Shown: positions 1 to 11,400, counted from the stretch's first letter. The stretch: 64,000 nt of DNA from Diplonema japonicum (GCA_964019335.1 OZ025720.1:186001-250000); one strand, 5' to 3'. Notes: generated by a model from the letters alone, not told the origin. A program made the numbers and translations.

Positions 1-491
1 CGCCTGGCGTACAAGCAACTGAAAAAAAAAGGAAAAAAAAAAAAAAAAAAAGGGCTTTGAACACTAAGTGGCGCTAAGTGTAGCAACTAAAAGAAAAGAT
101 GAAGCCAACTGTAATATGGTGAAAGATCTCTCATATCTCGCACGCGGGGGTTGGGTACGTGATGCGGGTAGGCGTTTGCGATTACTAGCCCGCCCTCATT
201 TTTTCTTTTTTTTTTTTCCCCCCGTCCTTGAGACGAAATCATGTTTCTACGGAGACAGGGAAGACGCAGGAATACTTCAAGGTGTGGGGAAAAAAAAGGG
301 GGGGGGGTTTTCTTTATGACTTGTTGTTCGCACTTTTTGTGGTTGATCGCGCAAAAGCCAAAAAAATTTAAACAATTTAAAAAGAAAAACAAACCCCCCC
401 CCCCCTTCGGTCAATAAAAAGGTCAAAACAAGAGTGTGAAATGTGAAAAAGAAGAAGGATAAAAAGAGAACGGAGAGGAGAAGAAAGAAGG

Positions 492-520
<29 letters not shown>

Positions 521-524
<4 letters not shown>

Positions 525-576
525 TCATCATCTACCACACCTTCCTCGCCCTCTGGGATGTATAGGAACGATTGTA

Positions 577-618
<42 letters not shown>

Positions 619-3600
619 CCTCTCCAAATCCCCTCCCCCACATACCAGCCCCTTTCCTTTCAACATAGTTTTCCCCCGGGAAACAAAAGGAAGCGACGGC
701 AACCGGTACCTCGTTTCATGAGACACCTGAATGGTGCCTATCGGCGCAGAGGTGCTGAACCTCGCCGCGATGTTGACACTGTCCCCAAAGATGTCGTAAG
801 CAAAATTCGAGGTACCAAGTAACCCAGCAGACAGCTTACCAGTGTGCACCCCAGCACGAGTAGGCACCTTGCCATATGGGAACGATGAGGCCACCTGAAG
901 CGCTGAGATGCAGAACTCAGTCACCTGTTGTGCGTGGTTCACCGCTGTAGGCGACGTGCAACCGCTGACCACCACATAAGGTATGTTTTTAAGCTTTACA
1001 ACGTCAGGTGTCTTCATCAGCAAGTCATCGACCACCCTGAGCAAGCTGTTCAGTCTATCTACTAAGTCCGACGGGCTTGCCTGACTGTCATTCGTCACGG
1101 ATACCACGTCCTGGAACTGAATGAACCCCACCGTCGCAGAGTCCACGTTGTGGACAACACTCTTCTCCCCCCTCCCTAGCTGTTGAAGGACCTCGGGGGG
1201 TATGCTGTTCAGCAGCATTCTTTCAGCGGTGTTGACCGACTTGTCGATGGCGTCTCGTTCTATCAGAATTCGTTGCTCTTCTAACCAAGCAGAGCGTGAG
1301 GACCGTTCGTTGGCCAATGATGCAAGCACACCGGAACCTTCCAATAAGAGGAAGGCTATCGCGGGCATCACGATGTTTGTCCTGTCCTGCTCGATGTAGA
1401 AGACCAATGCGTGTGCTACTACCGTCGCTGAGATCCCTGCAACCTTGACCGTGACACAGAGTGTCGGGTGCAGCCCTAGGAGGAGTGCCACCTGTGCGGC
1501 GATGCCGATGTTGCCAGCAGTCTCATCGACGACGATGTACTTGTACAGCCCGCAAGAGACGCCTGAGTAGATAGAAAGCACCCATGCGTAGAACAGCAAG
1601 GTGTGCCGGAGGGAGGCCTTCAAGGCCCACGGTATTGCCAGCATCGCGACGCATCCCACCATCACCCACACGATCCACAAGCCTTCGTGTTCGATTCTCA
1701 TCGCCACACACCCGGCTGTCACCGCTATGCCTCCTGCAACAAGGGAACAATACGCCTGGGGAGGGGGGTTTGTTTTTTTTTGTTTCGACATACTGCGAAA
1801 GTACCAAACTGCACCTCCATAGTGTCTCTGTAGCGCCGCTCTGTTACTTCGCAGCTGAAACTCACACCGGATTGTTGCAACGAAAGCGGTTCGTGTTCAT
1901 CTGGGGATATTGTAAAAAAAAAAATAAAAAAAAAATTAAAAAAGCATACAAAGCTTATCCCGCAAAGAACCGTCCAAGTTCCGAAACGTGCTGCGAGAGA
2001 GGTGATTCAGCGCCCCGCCAAGATGCAAATCTTGGGCAGGCACGCTGGATGCGGGGAGAGAAAAATTCGACCCGAGGACGGAGGAGAGTAGCCGGGAGCT
2101 CCAAGAGGGCTTAGAGGCGGAGTGAAGGGATGAAGAAGTGACAGCGGAGATAACAGAAGGGGTCCGCACGGGCAAGGGCTTGACCAAGGGGTGGGCAAGG
2201 AATATACCGGACCCATTTCCAATAGGCTCGTGCCTCTCGAGGCTGAACGAGGACTCCAGCTGGCTAGCCACGGACTCACTAACCTGCACACAAGACGGCA
2301 GACCCGTGCTCTCCATCAGAGTAGCTTCGACCAAGGCATCACCGATCACCTCGTACTGAGCACGGACCTTCCCCGCCACCATGGCGAGCATCTTCCCCTC
2401 TCCAATCCCTACTCGCATCGAAAAATTTTCTTGAATCATAGGAACACATTTGCAGATGCTCAGTGCAACCATTGCAATGGCGGTGTACTGTTCCCTCGAC
2501 CCTGCTGTGACAGGGTGCAGCGCTGCGATCCACGCGTCACCGAGCGTCTTTACCTTCTCCACCCCGTACCGCTCTGCGTAGAAATCACAGTTTGAGTATA
2601 TTCTGTTCAATATGTTGATGACCCTCCCTGCGCTCATTTCGGAGCATATTGTTGTGAAGTTGACCAGGTCCGTTACAATGACCAAGCCCTTGTGTACTTG
2701 TGCGCACACACCGACCCATTCGTTCTTGGATAAAAGCAATGTGTCTGTAACGCGTTTCGGGAGGCAGTTTTGGATGAGCCGTTGCGTTCGTTTCCGTTCC
2801 TCTTTACACCGTGACACGACGTGGCTCAGAAGCAAGCACGAACTGTACGTGAATCTCTGTGAGTACTCGATCTTGTACAGAATAGCAAGGCACAGCAAAC
2901 ACGTTATTGTGGTGAGCAACATTGTCCCCAAGGTCTCCTCCCACGTGAACTCGTCGATGTGGTGCTGCATAAACCCGCATATCACAGCGGTACCGGACAG
3001 TATAAGACCCATATCAAGAACACCCCACCAGAATAACGGTTTCAGTATTAAAGACACAATAATTGCTGAGAAGGACATGTGAACGACGGGACCGGCTGTC
3101 CTGTAGCTGATGTGGTCGTGGTGCTCGATTTCCAAACAGACTTTCGAGGCAAGCGAGACCACGATGACAACAAGCTGTAGAATGTGTGCGAAGGTTGGGG
3201 TGTCGTGTCCCCGGAGCACCACCACACCGACTACCAACGGGGGAAGCGTGCAGAACACCGCCGTTGCTTCCGGCACACCCGACGCAAAGTAACTGATGAC
3301 CCCCAACACTACGATTACAACAGTAACCAACATCAACGATTCGCTATTTAATATACGAAATCGCGTGTATTGTTCACGGAAGGTAACCTCGTCTGCTGGG
3401 TCGTTGAAACACAGTTTGTAAGGATCGAATTCGACAGGATGGACCTCCAACTCGGAACCGAAAATGGATTCGAGATCCTCCTCTTGGATCGGTGGGGTGA
3501 GCTCCCACTCATCCGTCGTTGTGCAGAGGTTTGCCGCCATGGCATTTTCCTCAGCTGCGACCTTAAGAACAGCCGCGAAGGATTGAAGCCGTTTTGCTCT

Positions 3601-4323
3601 GTAGTGGCTTTGTTCCGCTTTTGCGATGGAACTTTTATCAACTCGTGACGTGAAAGTTTCGGATCGTGATGATGTGGGTGTTTGACTTGTTTCTAATGTC
3701 GCATCAAAAGACATAGTGGCACGTCGGACCCACTTCCGGCTGGGAGCCTGTGGTGACCGTCCTGCTAAAGGGTTGGTCGCGGTTACCCGCGATGCGCGGA
3801 ACATATCGGAATCGGGGCCTCCTTCAGGTACTTCCAGAACTGGTGAGCGCTTTTCAATACTTCTTGAATCGACAATTCGCTTTGCCGAAGCTTCATCTGA
3901 GATTCCGTCAGATTCCGTTTGAGGAGTGCATGGGATCGACAGGGGAAGCATTAGTTCAACAGGGAATTCCGGGGCTTCCGATTGGCTTGCCATTTTTTCT
4001 GAATCCATGTCGAGGTCTGGTGGGCGTTCTTCGTCTTCCCCCACCGGGCTTTCCACGATGCGAATTGGTGATACATGCGTGCAGGCGAATAAATCCGCTG
4101 CGCTATCTAAGTTATCGTTTTGATCGGGGTCTTTGCGTACTTCTACGGCCGAGAAGGCGACCCCTACCGCCACACAGGCGGCAGCTCCCGTTTCCACACA
4201 TATCAACCATTGAAAAGAGACAGAAACATCGAATACTCCCGTCGCTGCAAGGCACAAAAACGTCACATTAAGTACAAACAGTGCCAGCCCCGACAGGAAC
4301 GTGCCTAACGCGAGAATAACCAT
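521..4323 (-). CDS. Membrane adenylyl cyclase (class III; TM cluster-cyclase-TM cluster-cyclase); exons 1950-4323, 1794-1900, 646-1755, 521-577
   Basis: ORFs 1936..4323 and 532..1791 join in frame through GT-AG introns 1901-1949, 1756-1793 and 578-645. Cyclase motifs: TDLVNFT/KVKTLGD (C1), GVHTG, YDIFGDSVNIAAR and KGKGLVQSF (C2). Confidence 0.9.
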
Positions 4324-4366
4324 ACAACATCTCTCGGAGAATAAGAAGGGGGAAAAAATATATATA

Positions 4367-4397
<31 letters not shown>

Positions 4398-5023
4398 GTT
4401 GTGTTGCCTGATTTTTTTTTTGGAGGGGTTTCTTTTTCTTTTTTTTTTTCCAGAGAAAACTTCTCGCAAAAAATATAAATTTGAAAAAAAGGAAGAAAAA
4501 AAAAAATGTAAATGAATTTGAGAATATTTCTCTTCCACCCAGAGAGAGGAAGGAGGGTATTCGCTTGAATAGAGAGGGAGACGAGTAAAAAAAAAAAAAA
4601 AAAAAAGGAGGGGGGAAAAAAAAGGAAGAAAGAAAGAAATCAAGTCTTTCTGGTGCTTCTTTGTGCGAAATGCGGTTTTCTTTGGAACCGTCAAAGATAC
4701 CATTGTATATTACGTCGCAGAAGGAGAGAGCAAAAAAAAAAAAAAAAAGGGAGATCAGATAAAAGGAGCTTTCCTGTTTCTTTTTTTTTTTTTTTTTTGG
4801 AATGTTTCCCTTATCTCAAAAAAAGAAGGAAAAAAAAAAATGTTTGTGCGCACGAGCGAGGTATTTTACTTAATAAAAAATAAGCTCATTATGCATGCCA
4901 TCAACTAGTTTTTAGTCTCGACAATAAAAAAAATATTGTTAAAACAAAAAAAAAAAAAAGGGCTAGGTCGATAGATTAACTAAGATTCGAAGAAGAAGAA
5001 GAAGAAAAAAAGAAATGCAAACA

Positions 5024-5644
5024 TTAGCACATAAGAGGTTGTGCAGGGCTGTCAAGATAGTGCCCCTGGGGATAGCCTTTCACATCCATTTCGTGAGCGA
5101 TTTGCGCAGTGCAGCACCCGAGAAAGAGCCTGAACAAGACATCGGCAACATGCTCCAAACAGTCTGCGGCCCATATACCGCAACACAAAGTCAAAGCGAA
5201 GAACATTTTATCAAAGCAGGTGTTTTCCAGACCGTAGTGGGTTTGCATCAAGAATCGGTTCCCCCGCACAGCACAGTCTGGGCAGCAGCAGGTCTCGACG
5301 GCTAGGCAGAAGCGTTCCCTTCCTGTCGTGAGCTTTGTCATCTTTTCCGTGCAACAAGGTGCGCACATCCCACCACAGCACCTGTAGTACTGCCAGTTGT
5401 CCTGATCCCGGTCAACCATAAGCAATGTCCTCCGTTGTATGAAGGCGGTGCACGGGAAGCAGAAACACCCACCCAAGAACCACTGAGGTTGGTAGAACCC
5501 CGCCAACAACAAGTGAACCTCCCACTTCGCCGTGTACCCTTCTTGTCGTTCTCGGCGCTCATTGATATTCATGGGACCGACGTACCCAGGTCTGCCCGTA
5601 GCTGCGCTCGGGTAAGGCTTCGCAGAGTACCCTGGCTGTGTCAT
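5024..5644 (-). CDS. PLAC8/cornifelin-like cysteine-rich protein
   Basis: 206-aa ORF with GCFCFPC, TCCCPDC and GCCTAQIAHEM motifs typical of the PLAC8 family. Confidence 0.75.
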   Translation of the reverse strand: MTQPGYSAKPYPSAATGRPGYVGPMNINERRERQEGYTAKWEVHLLLAGFYQPQWFLGGCFCFPCTAFIQRRTLLMVDRDQDNWQYYRCCGGMCAPCCTEKMTKLTTGRERFCLAVETCCCPDCAVRGNRFLMQTHYGLENTCFDKMFFALTLCCGIWAADCLEHVADVLFRLFLGCCTAQIAHEMDVKGYPQGHYLDSPAQPLMC

Positions 5645-5774
5645 TTTCAGGGGGGGGGGTTTTTTTTAAAGGAAACTTTTTGAGGGATAATTTTGAACGA
5701 TATTCTTTTTTTTCTCTTGGCAAGATCATCCATAACGAGGAACCCTGTTCTTGATGAAAAAAAAAAAAAAAAAC

Positions 5775-5905
5775 ATGCAGCGCATGAGCGGGTCCGGGAT
5801 ATTGCTTCCACTCATCCGTTGCCCGGTGGGCACCACGAGGAGGTCAGCAATAATAATTCTATACTTTTGGTCACGTAGGGCCTGTACATTTAGTATTGTC
5901 TCACC
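5775..5905 (-). ncRNA. Degenerate HDV-like (R2-type) ribozyme relic
   Basis: Minus strand reads ACC-TCCTCGT-GGT (P3/L3), GCCCACC, GG, then a P4-like stem ATGAGTGG/CCGCTCAT. P1 5' strand and J4/2-P2 are imperfect. Confidence 0.35.
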
Positions 5906-6463
5906 AAAAAAAAAAAAAAAATAATAAAATAATAATTAAAAAGAAGGAAGCATGTAAGTGCTTGACGAAAACACGTAAAATTCTATCTCAGTGACGTTGA
6001 GCTACAAAAAGGAGGAGTCAAGGAGAAATAAAAGTGTTTTCATATTTTTATCAAGCAAGAAGGGGGAGGGGGGGAGAGAGAGTGTGTCCCAACTATCCTG
6101 GGACCGTAGTAGGGGACGATGAACTCATTCAGTAGAAAAGACAAAAGGAGTTATTAATGTTGTTTATCAGGGAGGGAAGGGAGGGGTGGAATTCAATTTA
6201 AGGAAAGAACAGGCGAGTTATTCTTTTTGTTTGCGCGCAACTGGTTACCTAATAAGCATCACGCTGCCAACATTCTTCTTGATAACTACAATAACAAGTG
6301 TTCCAGTGAAGGGAACCTGCAGTATGTGACAGGATCGCCTGCAAAAAAGAAAAAGAGAGGGAGCAACATCCGCTAAGGAATATGTTTTCATGTCAACCAC
6401 AAGCTGGTGTCATGGCGCACGCGAGACTGACTTGTGTTGTGTGTGTTGGTTGCGTAGATCTTT

Positions 6464-7576
6464 TCAGCCAATCTTTTCACCTCCCCAGTAGTTGGCCCCG
6501 GGCTTCAAGCACTGTGCGTACCACTTGCTCTGCTTGTAGCACCCTGCACCAGGCGCACAGCAGCTAGGCGCCTTCAAACAGTTGCCCCACAGAGGAATAA
6601 TAGAAGAGCAGGTGCCTGGGGATGGGGGGGGCGTGGCAGTAGGAGGAGGTGTGGGGACAGGTGGAGGCGAGGGTGTGGGAACGGGAGTTGGAGGCAAAGG
6701 TGTGGGAATGGGTGTTGGGGGCAAAGGTGTGGGAAGGGGTGTGGGTAGCGGAGTCGGAGGGGGTGTCGGGGGGTGGGGTGTCAAATTCGCAGGCCTACAA
6801 TGCGCAAACCACTTGTTCACCTTGTGGCATGTTGCACCAGGCGCACAACAGTGCATTTCAGTGAGACAGGTCGCCCACAGAGGGATGACACGCGAGCACG
6901 AGGCGGGAGGGACAGGGACAGGAGGGACAGGGACAGGTGGAACGGGAACAGGCGGAACGGGAACCGGGGGGCTGCCGCCACCACCGCCACCGCCACCACC
7001 ACCACCACCACCACTCCCGAAGTCCAAGTCGATGGCGTTGTAGAAAGTGTTGGCGGTGTCACCGACGTCCCAGACGGCGAGGACAACGTGGTAGCCCGCC
7101 TTGGATGGCAGGGTGCACGAGTGCGTCGTCAGGACATCGGGGTTCTTCATGTTCCCCATCACGGAGCAGAAAGGGGTCCCCTCGAAGCTGCTCCTCGCAA
7201 GCGGCGCATTCTGGTCCCATCCGTCTTTCGTGATGTAGTACCTCCAGTCCAGGGTCGCGTGGTTCGCCTGGAACCACCACACGAAGTCTGTCCTCCCGGC
7301 TGACGCTGCTGTCTTCGCCCACCTTGTCGACGACTGCTCGTTCAGCGGCGTCCACCTGGAGCTCCCCGCAGCAGCCAGCGTCCCGTCAGGGGGGCCGCTT
7401 ATAGGGTACCTGTCCGGGCCTTCCACGCTTTGAGGCTCATACTGCACCGCACCACAGTTCTGGTTTTCCCCACCCGTTCTGCACATGTAGTTCCTGGAAG
7501 GAGGGACCTTCACGTACCCGTGGCCCTCTACACCCGCTGCTGCAAGCAGCATGGGCAGTGCTAGGCGGTGTAACAT
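6464..7576 (-). CDS. Secreted AA10 lytic polysaccharide monooxygenase (chitin-type) with Gly/Pro linkers and two CBM1-like modules
   Basis: Signal peptide ends VEG|HGY (N-terminal His). YEPQSVE, ANHAT and DTANTFY motifs as in CBP21/GbpA. Two Cys-rich W..C....CCAPG..C...KW(F/Y)A.C modules. No introns. Confidence 0.92.
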   Translation of the reverse strand: MLHRLALPMLLAAAGVEGHGYVKVPPSRNYMCRTGGENQNCGAVQYEPQSVEGPDRYPISGPPDGTLAAAGSSRWTPLNEQSSTRWAKTAASAGRTDFVWWFQANHATLDWRYYITKDGWDQNAPLARSSFEGTPFCSVMGNMKNPDVLTTHSCTLPSKAGYHVVLAVWDVGDTANTFYNAIDLDFGSGGGGGGGGGGGGGSPPVPVPPVPVPPVPVPPVPVPPASCSRVIPLWATCLTEMHCCAPGATCHKVNKWFAHCRPANLTPHPPTPPPTPLPTPLPTPLPPTPIPTPLPPTPVPTPSPPPVPTPPPTATPPPSPGTCSSIIPLWGNCLKAPSCCAPGAGCYKQSKWYAQCLKPGANYWGGEKIG

Positions 7577-7765
7577 ATTTTGTGTCAAAAAAGACCTTTG
7601 GGGATGGGGATGGACAAAGCGTTTGCACGACAAATAACGGCGCAGAACAAGATCTATAAGAAAAAGTGAAAGCTGGGAACCCCAAAAAGAAGACACAACA
7701 GTTAAAATCGGGCGGGCGGGGGGGCATTTACAAATAAAAAAATAGGAGAAAAGATAAAAGAATGC

Positions 7766-10150
7766 TCAGGCTTCCACTAATGACCCGTAGAACTCCAGCC
7801 CAGACAAACAGATAGACCACGATGTACTGTTAGCACAAGGCCCGGTGGACTTGATGCGGAAGAATGAGAAGAAAGAGTCGGAACCGGCGCCGGGGGCCAG
7901 GACCCAAGTGTGGGATGGAGAGGTGGTGCCAAGATGAGTGTCGTCCATGTGCGAGGCAAGAACGTGCCAGGGGCCATCGGAGGCGTGGGATGCTTCTAGG
8001 GCCCAGTCACGAAGCGAGAGCGCGTCGCTCCCCTTCACACCATGCTCCAGTGTGTAGGCAGAAGGCCTTAATTTATGCGATTTGAGCTCTACTTCAAGCC
8101 ATCCGTTTTGGCAGTCTGGTGTCATGAAGAAGTGCCCCCTTTCCCTCCCGGTGATACAGGTCACGTCGCGGTTTGACCGCGGGTGCACCCCCGCTGCCGT
8201 ACGCAGTCCAACAAGCCCCCGGTCGTGCGGGTTCTTGAACTCCTCTCGGCCACCGTTTGTCCCTAAATAGTGAAACACCCCGTTGCAGTCAAAATCATGA
8301 TCGAAAGCAAGCTCAACCGGCCCCGCAGCGCAGTCATCAAGCTGCACCGTCGTCTGCGATTCTGCAAAGTACAAAAAGTCATGCGGGATGGGCTTTGTCT
8401 TCACAACGGGGAACATGACCTTCGGGGTGTCAAGAGCTACCTGGGAGTCAGCCACCGCCTTCCGTAGGTCCTGATACGCCGCCGCGATTGCAGGGTCATC
8501 CTTCCCAGCCACGGCGGAACGGAGGTTAGCAAGGCCTTGTTGAAGAGCGCTCTCGACGCTCAGAAGCCTCCCCCGTGAGCCGTGGAGCGTCTCGGTGACC
8601 TGCTGTGCCTTCATGTCTAGCTCTAGTTCCGCTTTGATACGGTACTTGTCAAGCTCAGCCTTGGCTTCCGCAACGTACTGCCCGAGCATGTCTTGTTGTT
8701 CCAACGTGTGTCTCTTCACCAAGGCCACAGCAGCGTCGAGCGACCTCCGCGTGCTTAACACCGTTGACAGTTTCGACTCGCTTTCCTCCTGCACACCTGT
8801 GACCCCCACACAAGTGTCGACATAGAAGGCAACCCTGTACTTCCTCTTCATGCGATCAAGGTCTTGGACGGCATATACAATTTCGGAGGGAAGTGTGAGC
8901 TTGACACTTCCGTGCCCGCTGCTCTGAAGGGAGAGCGTGGGGTTGGCTTGCGTGGTGTTGAGAACGTCACCGAGAACGACTTCAGTAAGGGTCAGCTCGT
9001 GCAGGCCGTCGCCTAGAACGTCCGCTGTGACAGGGGTGATGGGGAAATACACCGAGCGGCCCAGCGGACCCGACACAGGAGCAAGGGCCTCGTGCGTATG
9101 CCACAGGAGCTTTGTTTCATTGTTAGCTTCTTGTTTCTTGGAGTTGAAGGCGGAGGCGTTGGGTGGTTCGGGGAGCTCGTCGACGGCCTCGAGGGTTACG
9201 AACCCACCGGTGACCATTTCCTTCAACATCTTGTCTATCATGTCCCACGGGGTGCTGCGGGACGACGTCGGCACCCTGCTACTGCCCTCCTGCCGCCGCT
9301 TGAACCACTCGGACTGCAGCAGCGCACAGTGCAGTGCGTTGAATCCGAGTTCTTGAAACACCCCCAGCAAGGCTGCGTCAGATGCAGACAACAAATCATC
9401 AACTTTCGTGCCTTGCTGGCCTAGTTTCGCTTCGAACAGAGCCCACACTTCCTCAATCTGCCCACCGCATGCGGGGCTAAACGGTGGAGGTGTTGTGGTC
9501 TGTGATGTCGCTATATCAGAGTCACGAATTTTCGGTACCTCATAGCCAACGGACACAGGACGGGGAGGGGGGGGAGGTGGCAGGGGTGTGGGAAGCGATT
9601 CTTTTTTCGGAGGAGTCAGCGCCTGCATCCCTAGCCCCATCATCGCGTTGTTCAGCTCTTGGGAAAGGCGAAGGCCTTCTTCCCGTTGCTCAGCAAGCCA
9701 ATCAAGATACCCCTCTGGTGTTGCTGACGGCGAAACATGTATCTCCCGAACCGGCATCTGAGAAGGAGTACGTACCGTTACGGGGTCTTGTTCAGGTTCA
9801 ACTTCTCGAATTTCCACAGAACCTCCGTTTATCTCAGCTAGTTCCTTCAAAATGTAGGGGAGTTGCTGGCCATCTGTTAGATTTCTGCTGTCTTCGACAA
9901 GGATGAGATGCAGGTCCTCCGACCCCTCAGACACGAATACTACCTGTCGCCCCATAACGGTCAGCATTCTTAAGTTTGCGAGTTTTACCATTTGGCGTAC
10001 TTCTCCACTTACTTCACACACGAAAGCTATGCTTTGTGTTGCTACAATAACCTTCTCCTTCTCTTCTCCATCTTCCAACACGTGGACCAGCGTTGCGATC
10101 ACTGTGCTTTGGTGTGCCCACCTAGCGAAGCTTTCGTGGACGGGATACAT
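7766..10150 (-). CDS. 794-aa protein with coiled coil and C-terminal galactose-binding/F5-8-like (HECTD1-like) domain
   Basis: Long ORF; C-terminal FDHDFDCNGVFHYLGTNG...NPH...LSGLEFYG pattern. Confidence 0.7.
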   Translation of the reverse strand: MYPVHESFARWAHQSTVIATLVHVLEDGEEKEKVIVATQSIAFVCEVSGEVRQMVKLANLRMLTVMGRQVVFVSEGSEDLHLILVEDSRNLTDGQQLPYILKELAEINGGSVEIREVEPEQDPVTVRTPSQMPVREIHVSPSATPEGYLDWLAEQREEGLRLSQELNNAMMGLGMQALTPPKKESLPTPLPPPPPPRPVSVGYEVPKIRDSDIATSQTTTPPPFSPACGGQIEEVWALFEAKLGQQGTKVDDLLSASDAALLGVFQELGFNALHCALLQSEWFKRRQEGSSRVPTSSRSTPWDMIDKMLKEMVTGGFVTLEAVDELPEPPNASAFNSKKQEANNETKLLWHTHEALAPVSGPLGRSVYFPITPVTADVLGDGLHELTLTEVVLGDVLNTTQANPTLSLQSSGHGSVKLTLPSEIVYAVQDLDRMKRKYRVAFYVDTCVGVTGVQEESESKLSTVLSTRRSLDAAVALVKRHTLEQQDMLGQYVAEAKAELDKYRIKAELELDMKAQQVTETLHGSRGRLLSVESALQQGLANLRSAVAGKDDPAIAAAYQDLRKAVADSQVALDTPKVMFPVVKTKPIPHDFLYFAESQTTVQLDDCAAGPVELAFDHDFDCNGVFHYLGTNGGREEFKNPHDRGLVGLRTAAGVHPRSNRDVTCITGRERGHFFMTPDCQNGWLEVELKSHKLRPSAYTLEHGVKGSDALSLRDWALEASHASDGPWHVLASHMDDTHLGTTSPSHTWVLAPGAGSDSFFSFFRIKSTGPCANSTSWSICLSGLEFYGSLVEA

Positions 10151-10849
10151 ATTATTTCTTCTTTAGGAGCCCCGCTCCGTTCCCCTCCTTTGAAGGAACA
10201 ATAGTGTTTTTTTTTTTATTTTATTTTGTTTTTTTTTGAAGATTGTAACAAGAATAATAAAAACAATTCTTTTTTGTAACGTAACAAGGAAAGGGGAGGG
10301 GAGGGGTATGGGGAACGCAACAGAGAGAAAAATAAAAAAATATAAAGAGGGGGTCAGGCAGGACAAAGAGAGCTAGCGGAGGGTGGGGGGGGGGTTTTTT
10401 TCTTTTCTTTTATTTGTTGTTCTTTCAGAAATGCTTTTTTTTGTGTATTTTCTCTTCTATGAAAAAAGAAAGAAAGAAAGAAAGAAAGAGAAAGAAAAAT
10501 CCTTTTTTGAGATGACGAAGTAATTAAATTAAGTTTTAGAGTACACAGCAAGGTAGCATTTTTCTTTCTCCCCCCCCCCTTCCCCTCAAAAACTCGGTAG
10601 GCACCAAGAAGCGCACCGTGAGGAGAGAATTTCCATTATTTGCTCCTCTTTCTTCCTGCTTAGTTACTTGTGCTGGGGGGGGGGGGGGGGGGTCAAGAGC
10701 GAAAAGCGTACTGCTTTTGGTGCTCCATTCGGCCATTTCCTTTTCTTTCTGAGTCTTGCCCTCTTAAGAATTGTCCACCAGAGCATTGATAGGCTTACTT
10801 CTCCATCAATGGCAAGAAGAATGTTATGGGGTCAAATATTAAAATAACT

Positions 10850-11400
10850 ATTTACTAAATAAAAATCAGATTACCTGATTTTTACGAGGAATTTCTTTTT
10901 TCATGAGTAGTTGAATTTCACGAGCGAAACGAGTGAAATTCAAAAAAACGAGTGAAAAAAAAAATTCCGAGTAAAAATCTGGCTGATTTAGGCGGTTGGG
11001 TTACGTCTCATATTTTGCGAACCAGTTAATTTATATGTCGAGTGACGTTTGTAAAACGTTGTACCATCCCGCCTGATTTGGGAAGTTAAGCACCAGCCTT
11101 GGCCAGGTTAGTACTGCGGTGAGTGATCACGTGGGAAGCCCAGGGTCCTGACCACTGACCTACGGCGGTGTTAGCGGCCACCAGATGCAAAAAATGAAGA
11201 CGAATGCCGAAAAAGTCCGAAAATTGCTCAGCGTAAAAATCAGATTTTAGTTTACATTTATGGCACTTTTTAAGCCAAATTCGGCCTATTACTTTACATT
11301 TATGGTCCACTATATTTTTACACGTGAACGGTAAAGTGATTTCTGATTTTTATGGCTCTTTAGAAATTTCCTCATGTAACTTTACAAAATTAAGTAAAAA
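10850..11400 (+). mobile_element. Non-autonomous element with a 103-nt hairpin (10877-10979) carrying three tandem GA/GA mismatches
   Basis: Inverted-repeat pairing read directly from the sequence. The taaaaatc(a/t)g motif recurs at about 10860, 10972 and 11233, and inverted at about 10875 and 11343. Boundaries are approximate. Confidence 0.5.
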
